64,000 nucleotides of DNA, from positions 124,001 to 188,000 of the forward strand of contig NW_027191453.1 of NCBI RefSeq assembly GCF_011745625.1, given 5' to 3'. The notes beneath the pieces are model-generated. The model was not told where the DNA came from. It made no database searches and saw only the letters and a list, made by a program, of their open reading frames with translations. A program made the position numbers and the translations under genes. Origin of the DNA: Cladosporium halotolerans (Eukaryota). Shown one piece after another: positions 36,196 to 49,249 of this stretch (positions within the stretch are counted from its first letter, which is position 1; every line of letters begins with the position of its first letter).

Positions 36196-37766
36196 TCAGC
36201 ACGCCCTGCGTACTTCCCATGCAACCAACCCTCTCCGTCCAATCACTCGCTCTAGTGTCGGCCAGACACCATCGTCACCGAAGTTTAGGTCGTCCAGTCC
36301 AACATGCTGTCGGTAGCGCCAAACTTCCTTCAACGAAAACTCCGGCACCTCCCCAGCGAACCGAGGAACAGTGTAGGGGTCCAAGAACGTAGCGCTAGCC
36401 GGAGCGACGAGGACGGTGCTGTTCCCAGCACCGACACAGACGGAATCGCTCTTCAGACGTGCAATCATCTCCTCGCCGGGCAAACCCATGAGGTCGATCG
36501 TGTCAACATCGGCATTCCGTCCATTCAACAGCCAGCGCGGTGGCGAATAGGTCTTCCACCAGAAGACCTGACCAACATCCTCGCGCTTTGCAAGGAAGCC
36601 CTGCATTGGCACGATGCCTCCCTGGTGATATGTTCCAAATACGATGCCCGCCAGCACATTGAACAAGATCCATGTTGCTGCCCAGACGCGAGCAAAACGC
36701 TTTGGCATGCGAAGCGAGCCTAGCAAGAGTGGTACAGCTGGAAGTAGGAATCGAGCTTCTTGATGCTGGAACGCAGAGAGGCAGACTATTCCCGTGATGC
36801 CAGTCCAGAAAAGTGAGTTGAACGCGCTGGTGAACGGAAGTAAGATGATTGCTGGCCCAAGCAGCTGGGGCAAGTTGGCGACGAAGTGCTGGTAGTAAGG
36901 GTGCAGTCCGTGTGAAGCAAGGTTCGCTGGGTCCATATTATACATTAGGTTGTTGTAGGGCGTGAATATGGCAATGTCGGGAAGATCTCTGATATGGATC
37001 GGCCATTGCGACTGGGTGTGGAAGCCAGTGTCGATGATGACGGCGTACGAGACAAAGGTAACGCCGGCGGCCAGGAGGATCAGGATGCGGTATGGTTGGC
37101 GAAGGAGGTCCGGAATGAGTTGGCAGGCTGGCACAATCAGGAAAGCCGGGAAAGTGATGCGGTTGAAGACTCCTAGCACGCCCAGAAAAGCAAGAGCAAG
37201 GCAGGCGCCAATCTGGACATGTTCCCTGTCATCCCGAATACGGTTGATGAGCACTAGACACCACAGGACAACGAGAGTCTCAATGCTGTTCGAGAATGTG
37301 TGCGTTTGGAAGGTCCAGGTAACATATGACGATGCGATCAGAGTGATAGCCATCCTGCGGTCTCGTGGTGCGGAAATGAGTTCATGAATAGCCCAGTCTT
37401 GCAACACGAAGCTCAAGAGAAACATCATGGCCCGCAGAGTATAAAAGGCGACAGCTGGAGGTACCATGCCATATCCAAAGCCTTCCCAAAGCCATTTTAG
37501 AATCGTAAGAGGAATGCCGTATACCAGCCAGAGAGGGAATACGCTGCGGATGGGTTCCGCTGATGTGAACTCCCACGTTTTGTATGTCGGCCAGCCATAC
37601 ACAGCTCCTGGAGTAACATTAGAAGAGAAGGGGAGCCGGGAGTCTCTCAGCGCTCACCTGCTATCACTTCCGGGCCTTGAAAATGTTCATCGGGGTGAAT
37701 ATAGCTTGGCGATAAGGCAAAGTACAGTCTCACCACCACGAGAGCAAGGTAAATCCTGCGCCACAT
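36196..37766 (-). CDS. SMP3: GPI mannosyltransferase 4 (Smp3/PIG-Z, Alg9-like family)
   Basis: Exon 1 [36 protein letters not shown], intron 37657-37608. Motifs [51 protein letters not shown]. Confidence 0.93.
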
Positions 37767-37797
37767 GGTAGGCTACTTCACGTGCAGTTCAGGGATT

Positions 37798-38279
37798 TCA
37801 GAAGGAACAGCATGGCACACGTGAGAGATCAATTCAGCAGGGATGGCATGTCGCACACCTCTTGTGGTCCAAGTCATGGTGGCATCCCCTTTCGCAGCGC
37901 GTGCTTACAACGCGACCCAACGCCGTTTGCCTCGCACGGGCCCTGGGAGCGAGCGTTCACGTCCCGTGACAGCATGTGATGCAAACGCACGTGTCTGCGC
38001 GCAACGTAGTGAATTGCAGTTCACTGCTCATGCTAGTTGAATTGAATTAGAAGTACCTGAGCACGTCTCTGTCGCCGTGGGCAGGCGGCGAGGGTAACCA
38101 ACGTGACAGCAGAACCTTGCGGTTGATCATTTGAAACGATGGTACACGGCCAGACTGAGGCAGGGCTAGGACGCACATGACAGAATCCACTGCTGTCACG
38201 TCAAGTCACAAGCTGTCGCCTTCCAACCGCCGCAATCGAATGATAAGAACATCTTTCACGCAAGGGCAACATTCACGTG
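37798..38279. promoter_or_regulatory. Cluster of CACGTG E-boxes in the divergent SMP3/SKP1 promoter
   Basis: CACGTG at 37799, 37818, 37988 and 38274 (three as TCACGTG on one strand), plus related ACGTGAC/GTCACGT variants near 38101 and 38194. Confidence 0.5.
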
Positions 38280-38611
38280 TTTGCATTTGCCGCCTCGTCA
38301 CAAGGCATCAACCGCAAGCTTTAGGCTTTGCTTCGCTGCGGCGGCTGCCGTTGGCTCGCACGGTTCACCCGACGTCAAAGACCCTCCTTCTGCCTACCTC
38401 ACCAAGCAACCTTGAAGCAGCGAAGGAACCGCGCTCGACATACAAATCCCGCTCTCTTCCACCCACACCACCGACTCCTCACCATCCTGCTCACAACTTC
38501 CATCAACCTCGCCAATCTTGCTGCCGCGACTCCACCGCCAGCATCCATCAACTCCGAAGCGCCAGATACCCCACCTTGAATCACACAGCACCACTCACCA
38601 CATCACACGCA

Positions 38612-39245
38612 ATGTCTTCCGAGGGCGAGCAGACCGTCAAGCTGGTCTCCAGCGACAATGTCGAGATCGTCACTGGTATGCGCGCTACCTTACACGTCAA
38701 CCGCGGTTAGCGGTGCTTGCGCAACAAACACTGACTGTTCGTCGCAGAGCGCAAGGTCGCCGAGCGTTCCATGCTCATCAAGAACATGATCGAAGATCTG
38801 GGCGCCCCGGGCGAGGAGCCGATTCCAATCATGAACGTGAGTTGACCCACGTTCCACCACTCCGGCCGTGCAGCTCGTACTAACAACCACACCATAGGTC
38901 TCCGAGAACGTCCTCAAGAAAGTCCTCGAGTGGTGCGCGCAGCACAAGAACGACCCGGCCCCGACCCAGGACGACGACGCGGACTCGCGCAAGAAGACCA
39001 CGGACATCGAGGAGTGGGACCAGAAGTTCATGCAGGTCGACCAGGAGATGCTGTTCGAGATCATCCTCGCGGCCAACTACATGGACATCAAGGCCCTGCT
39101 CGACGTCGGCTGCAAGACCGTCGCCAACATGATCAAGGGCAAGTCGCCGGAGGAGATCCGCAAGACTTTCAACATCCAGAACGACTTCACTCCCGAGGAG
39201 GAGGACCAGATCCGCCGCGAGAACGAGTGGGCCGAGGACCGCTAA
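38612..39245 (+). CDS. SKP1: SCF adaptor Skp1 (SconC/SkpA)
   Basis: Three exons with introns 38676-38747 and 38837-38897. VKLVSSDN...[14 protein letters not shown]...LKKVLEWC...[51 protein letters not shown]. Confidence 0.97.
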
Positions 39246-40349
39246 GCTGCTTGCTTAGCTCTCCCCTTTCGACCATGCCATCCTCCCCCGCACGGTCTGA
39301 TATTGGCGCACTTCACGCTGCCCAATCCTATCCTCTCTATGGCGCGACAAATGATCCCCCGAACCTCATGCATCTGGAGCGGCTCGCTCGAATTCCCCGG
39401 AATCGACAGCTCATCACCGTCGGCGTTGAGGCGAAAAGAAAAAACAGGTCCATCAATTACTCTTGGCCTTTTGCTTCATGCTTTCTGCAACGGAGCCGCG
39501 GCTTTCTCTTTATTCTTTTTCTCTTATGATGCGACGATCCATGAGATAACAATGGGCGCCCGACAGCGGCTAACCGAGGCGGCTGGGGAGCAATCAACGT
39601 GGTACATAACTAGCTAGGGCGCCCTGCTTTGGTAAAGTAGTTCTGCCGAATGCAACTGACCGTCGTTATTCAAATCCTTGAAATTTCTGTGATCCCCGTT
39701 TCCGCACATGGCTGTAATCAATGACATGTCGCCTTCGGCCATCGAGATCACGTGACACGAGTACGTGCTCATTTTGTGCACCGGCAAATAGACGTGAGCT
39801 CAGACTCTCGCGAGGAGAACAAGTTGTAACTACGTGATACCCACAATGTTGAGGTGGGCGTGAATCAAATAGGAATAAAAATCATTCATACTACCTCCAA
39901 AACCGAGGAGAAAATAGCTCTCCTCCCTCGCGCTGGAAAAGTCTATGTCCTATGCTCGCGAGAAAAAAAAGGAGCCCAAAAGAACAGCAAAGCAAATGCG
40001 GCAAAACTCCCAATAGCACGGTCTATTTCGTCGAAGGGCAACACGCAGCAGACGCGAGCCGCTTGCGTTGTTCCCAGCAAAGGTCCCGAGACTCTTCGGA
40101 GACGAGTCAGAATAGCTGATGATGAGGCGTATGATGCGACGCACCGCGTCCGGTGGTGGAAAGAATGGGAAACCATGATCAATTTTCGTGAAAAAGAAAG
40201 AGAAGTAGAAAGCTTTCCGCCGCCGCTGGTGGCGTCGTGGTTGTGTGTGCTTGTTACCCCGTTTTGGTTTGGTCATCAGATCTATCGTATTGGTATTTTG
40301 GGTTGCGTCCTGTCGTCTCTCGGCCCCTGGTGTAGAGGGTGATGGCCGC

Positions 40350-42196
40350 TTAGACGGCACCGGCAGCAATCATCTTCTTCTGCAGGTGCTTCTTGTACTC
40401 GCCGATGCTGCCGTCCCAGCGGGTGACAGTCTTGTTCTCGCAGACCATGATGTCCTTGGCGATCTTGTCGAGCAGTCTGGAAGGATCACGTTAGTGTTTG
40501 CTAGTCAAAGGTGTGGTTTTCAAGGAGTCAACGCTTACCTGAAGTCGTGGGAGACGACAACAACACCACCGGTGAAGTCGTTGATGGCGTCGGCAAGAGA
40601 GTCGATGGTGGGAATGTCGAGACCGTTGGTAGGCTCGTCGAGGAGAAGCATGTTGGGGCCGTCGATGGCGAGGAGAGCGAAGACAATTCTGCTCTTCTGG
40701 CCCTCGGAAAGAGTACCCATGAGGGCAGTCTGGGCGTCACCGCTCAGACCGTACTTGCCCAGCTGCTGGCGCCAGTACTGGTAGTCCTGGGACACAGCGG
40801 GGTACCTGTCACGGACGAACTCGAGCGCGTTCTTGGTCAGGTCGAGCTGCTCAGCGGAGTGCTGAGAGTACATGCCGAGCTTCAAGTGGGTGTGGCGAGA
40901 GACCTGGCCGCTTGTGGGGTAAAGCTTGCCAGTGAAGATGTTGAGGAGAGTAGATTTGCCGACACCGTTGGGGCCGACAAGGGCGGTACGAGAGTCCATG
41001 TCGACACCGAAGTCGAGGTTCTCGTAAAGGTTGTCGGCGGCGTTGCCGGAGTAGGAGAAGGTGACGTTGTCAAGAGACAGCACGGGCGGGGGAAGCTTCT
41101 CGACATCGGCGAAGCGGAAGCTGAAGACGCGGTCCTGGTGGACGGGCTGGATGAAGCCGTCGGCCTCCATCTTGTCGAGAATCTTCTGACGGGACTTGGC
41201 CTGACGGACCAAGTTGGCGTATGTACCAGCGCTGGCAATGAACTTCTTGATGTGCTTGATTTCCTCCTGCTGCTTCTCGTAGGCCTTCATCTGGTTGACC
41301 TCCTGCTCACCACGGGTCTTGATGTAAGAGTCGTAGTTACCACCGAAGTACATGAGCTGCTGCTGGCGCATGTCCATCATGTTTGTGCAGACACCGTTGA
41401 GGAAGTCGAGGGAGTGGGAGACGAGGACGAGAGTGCGGTCCCACTTCTTCAGGTACTCCTCGAGCCACACGCAAGCCTCCAAGTCCAAGTGAGCAGTGGG
41501 GTCGTCGAGAAGGAGGAGCGAGGGCTTGACGAAAAGCGCCTTGGCGAGCGCAACACGCATACGCCAGCCACCGGACATGTCCTTGGTCTTCTTGTCCATG
41601 GTCGTCTTGTTGAAGCCCAGACCGGTCAGAATGAGGGAGGCGCGAGTGTGGAAGGTCGAGGGGTCCATGCCGTCGATGCGCTCGTAGAGGTCCTCGAGCT
41701 TGGGGCTGTTGGGGCCCTCGTGCTCGAGGATCTCCTCAGCCTGCTTCTCCATGTCGTTGAGCTTGGCCTGAGCCTGCTGAACGACCCACTCGAGCGCACC
41801 GGTGTCCGACTTCTCGGCGCCCTCGTTGAGCAGGTAGATGTCGATGTGCTCAGGGAAAGGGTACTCGCGGGCGGCGATGGCCTTGAGGAGGGTGGACTTG
41901 CCGCAGCCGTTCTCACCGAGGAGACCATAGCGGCGGCCGTAAGAGATTTCGAGGGTGGTGTCGTTGAAGAGGACCTTTCCGTGGAACACCAGGGAGGCGG
42001 AGGTGATCTTGACGTCTCTGCTGGCCTCGAGGGAGGAAAGCACACCGGTGGTGACTCTGTCAGAGATGCCCTCCTTGTCCTCCTGCAGGTCCATCTTCTT
42101 CATCTGCTCGGCGACATCGTCGCCCTTCTTGGTCTTGGCGGTCTTGCCAGCGGCGGCCTTCTTGGCTTCACGCGCAGCCTTGGATGCGGAGACCAT
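40350..42196 (-). CDS. ARB1: ABC-F ATPase Arb1/ABCF2 (ribosome biogenesis / RQC)
   Basis: Two NBDs (GENGCGKST...SGGWRMR...[16 protein letters not shown]...SEGQKSR...LLLDEPT) and no TM domain. ATG at 42196 ([10 protein letters not shown]). Intron 40538-40477, last exon [13 protein letters not shown]...GAV*. Confidence 0.95.
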
Positions 42197-43360
42197 GATC
42201 GCGGTATGTGTGTATGTGAGGGTTGGTGGGGGAGTGAGGTTGGTCGGATTGGGCGCGAAAATTAAAACGTCGGAGCGGGCGTGGCGGGGCGCTGACGCTT
42301 GTGGTGGGGTGTGAAGGGCGAGCGAAGGATGGGCAGCGCTCGCAGATGGCAACAAACAAAGAAATTCACAAGCACTGCAGGCTCGGGGAATGGATGGGAC
42401 AGGAGAGGAAGAGTCTCTAGAAAATATTAAGAGACTTTGCTACAAACTCGCTCAGCGCTTCTCGGCGCGGACTGGCAACAACACAACACCGGTTGAGTCG
42501 CCCCAAAATTTCAGCCTCTCACGGATGACGCAGGGGTCCGCCAAGGTTTGAGCCTTGCGCGAAATCAGAGAGACCTCCGCCTCTATTGGCTGCGAGGCTG
42601 AACGAGTGGCGAGTGCTGCCTGACCGCTCACTCGCTCCAGTGCGGGTCGATGGCAGGACTGACGCGAAATGTGAGCCGGAAAAAGCTGCAAACAATGCTT
42701 GAATCAACAGCCACTCTGGCGTTGTCGCTCTCGTCGAGTATCTGAAGGTATGTACGGTGAGAAATCAGAAAGTCTTCCTTGTGTGAATTACGCGCCTTTG
42801 TCGGTGGGGCGCGCAAGTCTTCTTGCCTCTCATCTCCCCTGGACGTGAATGTTCTTGTAAACGGTCTGGACAGTATATAGTCTTTAAGTCTTTAAAAATT
42901 TGTGGATTGGCGCTTGAAAAGATGAAGTAGATCTGGAAAGTGGGTATGAATCGAATCTCATTGCAGGGCATAGCCTCCTCGAGAAACATCCCATGAAACT
43001 GGCAAACCAAACCACTGCAATTTCACCTTTGGGGGCTGAAGGAACCTTTTTTTCGTACGTCGTCGTAGATGACCCTTCCAGATCTTACCAAGCCCTCAAT
43101 GCAGCCCCTGGTAAACCGCCCATTCACCAAGCCTGGAGAGCAAACGAATGCCACGCCCTGAAGTCATGCCGTGCGTGCTTTAGAAGTAAAGATGCTCCCT
43201 CGAAGAAAAACACAGAAACCCGCTGAACGCTTGGAACGGGGACAAAAGAAGATCTACGTGAAAGGTGTTTTGGGGAGCCAAACTTGCTGAGATTCGTAAT
43301 CGTTGCTGATGGAGCCTGGAGGCTGGAGAGAGTGAACGGGCTTTCGCGGTGCGCCTGCGC

Positions 43361-45027
43361 TTAGAGGCCCTCCTCTCCGGCGTGGCATACTTTGATGCCC
43401 TTGCCCCACTCGGAGTTCAGGACCTGGTGGGCGCTTATACGCCTGGTCGGGTTGGGGTCGAGGATGCTGTAGATTACATTGCGGCAGCGGGCCTATTGAA
43501 ATGATTAGCAGCTGATTGTTGTAGTCAATTACGATGACTTACCCTATGCAGAGTCTCGATGGGTGTGTAGCCCTCTTCGCTCTTGCGGCCGCGAATGTAA
43601 GCCTCGTAAAACTCATCCTCGTCCTTCTTGGCGACACGCCAGAGGTGGCGACCAGTGCGCATAGCCATGTAGATGACACCGCAAGCCCAGACGTCCAGGG
43701 GGCGGGGATCAAACTCGCGCTCGACATACTCCTCAGGAGCGATGTACGGAGCACTACCGCACAGGCCAGCAGTCATGTGAGCCTCGGTCTCCCAGGCCAT
43801 GCGGAAGCATTCGCCGTTGCCAAAGTCCGTGATCTTAATTGCTCCGTGAGTTGTGAGAAGCAGGTTCTCCGGTTTGAGGTCACGATGCGCCACTCCCATC
43901 TCGTGTATATACTCGACGCCACGCATCAGCTGAAGAAAATAGCAATCGGCCTCTGCAACTTCGAGCTTGCCGGCAGCAAGGACAAGTGAATACAAGTCAC
44001 CGCCGGCGCAGAACTCCATGACCTCGCAGTAATCGCCTTTCGCGTCCGCGAGAAGGTCAAGCGTATGGATAACGTTCGGGTGGCGTAGGGAAGAAGAAAT
44101 GCAGAATTCGGAGTTTAGTCGTTTGCTGTACTTTTTCTGGTCCTCTTGCGGCCTTCTGCGAAATTCCTTCACAGCGTACAGTTGCTCGTGCTTCGAGTCC
44201 GAGGGGTCGGTCTTGTGGGCTATGCGCACGATACCGAATGCGCCACGTCCAACAACCTCCTGACATTTGCCGTATTTCTGGACGAGTGTAACCGTGTTGT
44301 TCGGGCCGCCTTTCTGGTCGGACGCCAACCGGTGCTTCTCACTCTTAATCTGGTCCACCCAGTTGGACATCAAAGACAAAGGTTGCTCTTCGTGGTGCTC
44401 TCGTTTTTTGCCGGTCAAGAAATCGCGGAACATATCAGACAGCTTCTCTTGCCGCTTAGCGCTCCTTAGGTAGTGGTGGTGCTCCCCGCTCTCGTCGATC
44501 CAGAAGCGCTTGGGCGCCGCCGCGGCAGCCGCAGCAGCAGCCTCTTCACGCTTCTCCTTCTTTGACTCGCCTCCATTCTTCAAAGTGACGGTGGCCATGC
44601 CCGCTCTGGACGATTGTCTGGAAGGTTGCGACGGGCGCTTCGGTTTTATACTTGAGGTTTCCGCCTCAGCTTCAGGCTCTTCTACTGGAGCACCTGGGAC
44701 CTTGTCGTTGACTTTAGCCTTCACTGGCTCCCGCTCGCGACTGCTTTCGTTCGAGTTGTTGGATGAAAACATGCGACTTAATCGGGTGGTGAAGGTGGGC
44801 TTCTTCTGAGGTGTTGGACGCGAAGGCCGGTCGAAGGATTCTCGAGCTTCTCCATTTGTGGTTGCCGGGTCCTGCGAAGCCGCAGCGGGTGGCAGACTTG
44901 TATGTGAGTTGACCGAAGTCGACGATGCTGTGGGCGCTGGCGAGGTCTGGGCGCTTTGCTGCGCGCTCGGTTGTGCGCTCGTCTGCGTAGACGTCGCTTT
45001 GGGAGAGTCTGCTTGCATTACTGCCAT
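43361..45027 (-). CDS. SAT4: Npr/Hal-family Ser/Thr kinase (Sat4/Hal4-like)
   Basis: KYGKCQEVVGRGAFG, YAVKEF, LNSEFCISSSLRHPNVIHTLDL, HRDLKPEN, TDFGNGECFRMAWE, GSAPYIAPEEY. Intron 43542-43493, last exon ARCRNVIYSILDPNPTRRI...L*. Confidence 0.88.
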
Positions 45028-47033
45028 TATTTCGCCGTGCGCCGCTGTCGACGAGGTGGTCGAGTAGGAAGAGGTATTACGTCGATGTCTTGGCAGGCTT
45101 GAGATGCAACAGCAGGATTCACGCGCGGGCAGGCGCCCGGGTTGTCACGATGCGACGTCGACCAAAACAGCAGGCTGGCAGCTGTCGCGGGACTCCTGGC
45201 TACCCTCGAGGCGGAGTCGCAGAGGCAGGAAGGCGGGTGTGTTGTGTTGGCACCGGTAGTCCGCGGTACTTGGCACGGCGAGAGGACGCAGGGCTGGTGG
45301 GCTGTGGTGGGCCGGCTGCTGGGCTGACAAACTTGCGCTCCCGGCTGGGAGAGCAGGCAAGCCGAGGGTCAAGGCGGCGAGATTTCTGAAGCAACACGGC
45401 ACAGCCACGCGCTGACGGCGGGCGGTCTGGCGAGCCGGGATTACTGAAGGCGGTGGGCACGCGCGAGAAGCAGAGGGCTGTGTGGCGGCAGCGAGGGCGG
45501 GCGAGCGGGCGAGGTGTGTCGAGGCAGAGAGAAAGCACCGTCAGTAGTCTCAGATTTGACGGCGGCGGTGGTGGGCGAGGTGGGCTAGTGACGAGAGTGA
45601 GGGTCCTCCACTGCTGCCAGCGGGATGCGCGATTTTGAGCCCTGAGGCCTGCAACGATCTGCCCACGCGACGTGACGTTGACGACCGGCCGGGTGCTGCG
45701 GCGCAACGAGCAGCAGCAGCAGCAGCGCGCGATGGCGTTCGGAGGGCAGTCAGCTGTCGCGCCGGAGGGCGCAGGGCGTGAGGGCGAGGAGGCGTGGTGA
45801 AGACATGACTGCGCTGCGCTGGTCGGTGGCCGCGGCCGTAATCTGCGCGCACGCGTCGACAAATGCAAATCAAATTTGCCGCGCCAAAAGGCTTCTCGAT
45901 ACGCTTTCGCGGCGGGCCGTCATCCGTTTAAGAACCTAGAGAGAGAACTGCCACCCCGACTCCGCCGTATCCGTCGGCACAGCACACGGGCAACGCACCC
46001 GCGGCCGCCAACGCCGCCGAGAGTCGTCTCCTGAGCGCTCGATCACACCGCAGCGGCTTGTCCGCCGCCGTGCCTTCACGTGCTGGCCGGCGCCGGGTTG
46101 TGTGGACGTTGGCGGCGGACTTCGTCTTCACCGACTCCAAGCGTGTAAATTGCGCTCACGCAGGTCCGGCATGCGCCTGGCCAGCCCACGCAGGCAAGCG
46201 ACCACGCGCGCGGCGGGATCTGTGTATTCTCGCACCGCGAGCCAATGGAAAAGCGTCCCGCCGCCGATTGTAACTGCCTAGTTCGACACCGCTCACCTCA
46301 TGCTCGTCTCGCCCTGTCCTCGCTCGCATAATACACGATCAGCGGCCACGGCCATGTGCTTGTGTACAACCAGCACGTGTGCCTGGAGCCCGGGGCCATA
46401 GGGGTCTCTGCCATCCGAGCTCGAAGTCTCCGAAAGACTCCTGAGCATCCCACGCTTGGCGACTATCTCGCATCCATGTTCTCACCACATTGGCACACCT
46501 TCTCGAGCCCGAAGCGTCGAGCGCGGGGTCAGCGCGCAGCCGAGGGATTCGCGGAGCGGTGCTATCGAGCCCCAGACGTTAGTCCTAAAATCGCGCAGAG
46601 CTTCAGGAGGCGCGAGGCAAGGTGACATCGCGGGTTGTCGCGGCCGTGATATCGTCTTCGTGTCATTATCCTCCTCCATTTCCGGTTTCCTGCCGCGTGG
46701 TGGTAGGGTACGGGATCAGAGTACATGCAAGTGTGTGATACGCATGTCGACGTCGTTCGGATGATATCGGCCAACGACATGATTATCCAATCAAGGGAGC
46801 AGGTCTGATCAGCTACACCCGCGCTTGTCGTAGCTTGAGACTCTTGTTGTTGACCTTTTCAAACTTGTTCATACAAAGGAAAGCGTAAGAGTTGAGTATA
46901 GACAGCACTACACCGTATTGACGCGCTCGTTGCGCAGGACGTTCAACCAAATTCCTAAACAGTTCCCAACTCCGTGCTCGTCCAAAACCTCCCAGGTATA
47001 TAATTACATCTCTTGTACAGCAGCGCCTTTTCT

Positions 47034-47680
47034 TCAGGAGGCACCAACGCCGCTGAGCGGCTCGTTGGCGGGATCGGTGTCGCTCTCAGGGCCGCCGGTC
47101 TCGCTGCTGCTCTCGATGCGCGGTCTCGAAAGGGCCTCGAAGTTACCTTCGGAGTGTTAGAGTCGTCTAGAGCTGCCGATGAACGCTTGCACTTACGCTG
47201 GAGAAGGTTTAGAGCGGTGCGCTGAGTGCCGTCCTGAGCCTGGAAGGAATCCATCTTGGCCTCAGCCTCGATGTACATGAGGGTGCTGCGAGGAACGTCA
47301 GCTGGCGAGTCGCCATTTTCCCAGCGCGGCGGCATCGAAAAGATCGGATTGTAAATGGCTTCCAAGCCATGCGCTGATCTTCTAGTTGCGCCGAAACGTT
47401 TCACTCACCCCTTGGGCAAGCTCAGGAGCAGGTCCTTCTGGGGGCCCTCGGAGAAGCTTGCGACTTTGAACCAGCTGACTCCCCTGTTGCCATTCTCATC
47501 CCTCGAGCCAGTACTGACACCAACGGCGTATCTGATCACATCGCGACCGGTAGAAGTAGGGTTGACAGCCGGAGTGTCAGCGAGCCTGCCGATAAGCTGC
47601 ATCTTCGCGAGCGATCTGGGAGCGGTTGTGGAAAAGGCGCGCGCGCCGGCGCGGGGCAGAGCATTACGAAGGGCGAACAT
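47034..47680 (-). CDS. RIM1: Mitochondrial single-stranded DNA-binding protein (SSB family)
   Basis: Presequence MFALRNALPRAGARAFSTTAPRSL, then AKMQLIGRLADTP and SWFKVASF. Introns 47408-47286 and 47196-47147 (AAG acceptor). Confidence 0.9.
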
Positions 47681-48646
47681 CTTGAATGCGTTGAGTCTTT
47701 GGTAGTTCTCGGTGCGGTTGTGTACGTATGTCAGCAACGTGTATGAATCGCGACCAGACGACGCTCCGTTTGGAGGAGCTGTTGCGAACGCGCGCGGGCC
47801 AAAGCTTAATTGAAACGCGATGGCCCAAGCGTTTCTCCACTCCACCTCACTACACGTAAGTAGCACATTCTCATTGGCACGCCCCTGTTTGCCTCAGACT
47901 GTTGCAACGATGTTGCTTGCTGATCATATCGCTCTCTTGTAATGGCAAGTGACAAGTTGCTGCCTATTGAGGAGGAGCGCGACGCAGACTTACGGTGGCG
48001 GATTTACCTTTTGATTGCTTACCATTCGCCTCGACTGTCAACCAAGAGCAATCGTCACCGACCTGATGTGGCGCTGCTTACCACATACACGCATCGCAGT
48101 GTGAATATGACCGGCTCCGTATGGCACTGGTAGGTATTTTCTTTGTCATCGATATCAGCATCTTGGCACAGTGGGCCCTTCCTCAAGAGACTTACTAGTC
48201 GCCCGGCAGTATACGTACAAAGCACACATCGTGGCCCAGCAGATGACCTTCTTTTCATGCATGGTTTGTTGTGATCACCACGTGGCTTCACCAAAGTTCA
48301 CATCTCAAGGAGAAAATTTCCGTCTTAGCATTACGCTTCGAATCTCATGCAATTGCTCGTGGCAGTGCCTGTGCTATAATACTGCTATGGAGTCGGAGAT
48401 CGCGCATTCTCGCTCCTCGCTATCAGCTACACACAAGATCCAGCGGACGCACCACTAGCAAACAGAGCGTCAGTCTAACGTACATCGCATCGGTCCGTTC
48501 GACGCAGACAGCTTGTCCTTGCCGCTCAGAAGGACTTTGCTTCATCCGGCGAAAACATCTGGCGGACCAGATACGGCCGCGCCCAACACTCCACACAAGG
48601 CTGTCCTTAATCTTCCGGGAGATTTTCGAGGCAAAAGTTGCTCGTC

Positions 48647-49249
48647 ATGACGAACACATACGGACTGGAAGCGAGTCCACAGGTAGTGGTCAATGCTTGG
48701 ACCACAGTCCTTTGGGGTTCCAGAATCCTATATTTTCCAGCGCAATCTGCAACTATCAACATAAGAAATGCCAATCCTCACCTGACACTTCGGCAAGAGG
48801 CACTCATCTCGCTCTTTATGATGATCTATTCCTGCTCGCTGGTGTTCGCATCTCTGTCCTACTTTTGGTCTCACCGTGTGACTCCACCGGCTTGGCTGAC
48901 ATTCGGCCACTCGATCGCTTTTGGTGACCCGACCCCCGATGTCTGTATGGACGCCGCCCGATTGCTGTCACCGAGTGGTGAATGGCGGTGCGCCTACGAA
49001 GACCTTGGCATCTGGTTCGTCAATGTTTCTGGGCCCAATGGCTGGAAATACTTCTTTCGTCCGGATGCGACGCTAATCAAGTGTATGGCATTCCTCGTCT
49101 GGGCTATTTTGGCTCCTCTCTTTCTGGCCAAGGTGCTACGCGATTGGCGAACTCTTGCTGCAAGGCGCCGATTGGCGGCGGTTGCTCCCTCGATATGCGA
49201 TGATAAGCTCGAGCGCAAAGCAAAGGATTTAGAAATCGGTTCCGTATAA
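48647..49249 (+). CDS. Hypothetical small membrane protein (2 predicted hydrophobic helices), orphan-like
   Basis: 200-aa ATG ORF with hydrophobic segments ALISLFMMIYSCSLVFASLSYFW and LIKCMAFLVWAILAPLFLAKV followed by a basic patch. Confidence 0.5.
   Translation: MTNTYGLEASPQVVVNAWTTVLWGSRILYFPAQSATINIRNANPHLTLRQEALISLFMMIYSCSLVFASLSYFWSHRVTPPAWLTFGHSIAFGDPTPDVCMDAARLLSPSGEWRCAYEDLGIWFVNVSGPNGWKYFFRPDATLIKCMAFLVWAILAPLFLAKVLRDWRTLAARRRLAAVAPSICDDKLERKAKDLEIGSV

Noticed and set aside
41496..41525. Walker B LLLDD (Asp instead of Glu) in the first NBD of the ABC-F protein
   Set aside because: As I recall, this is the normal state in fungal Arb1, not a lesion.
40511..42265. 584-aa ORF antisense to ARB1
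   Set aside because: Codon-bias shadow of a highly expressed gene.
45750..45806. Possible uORF (MSSPRLLALTPCALRRDS*) in the long GC-rich leader of the SAT4-like kinase
   Set aside because: The transcription start is unknown, so I cannot show it lies within the mRNA; no conservation evidence.
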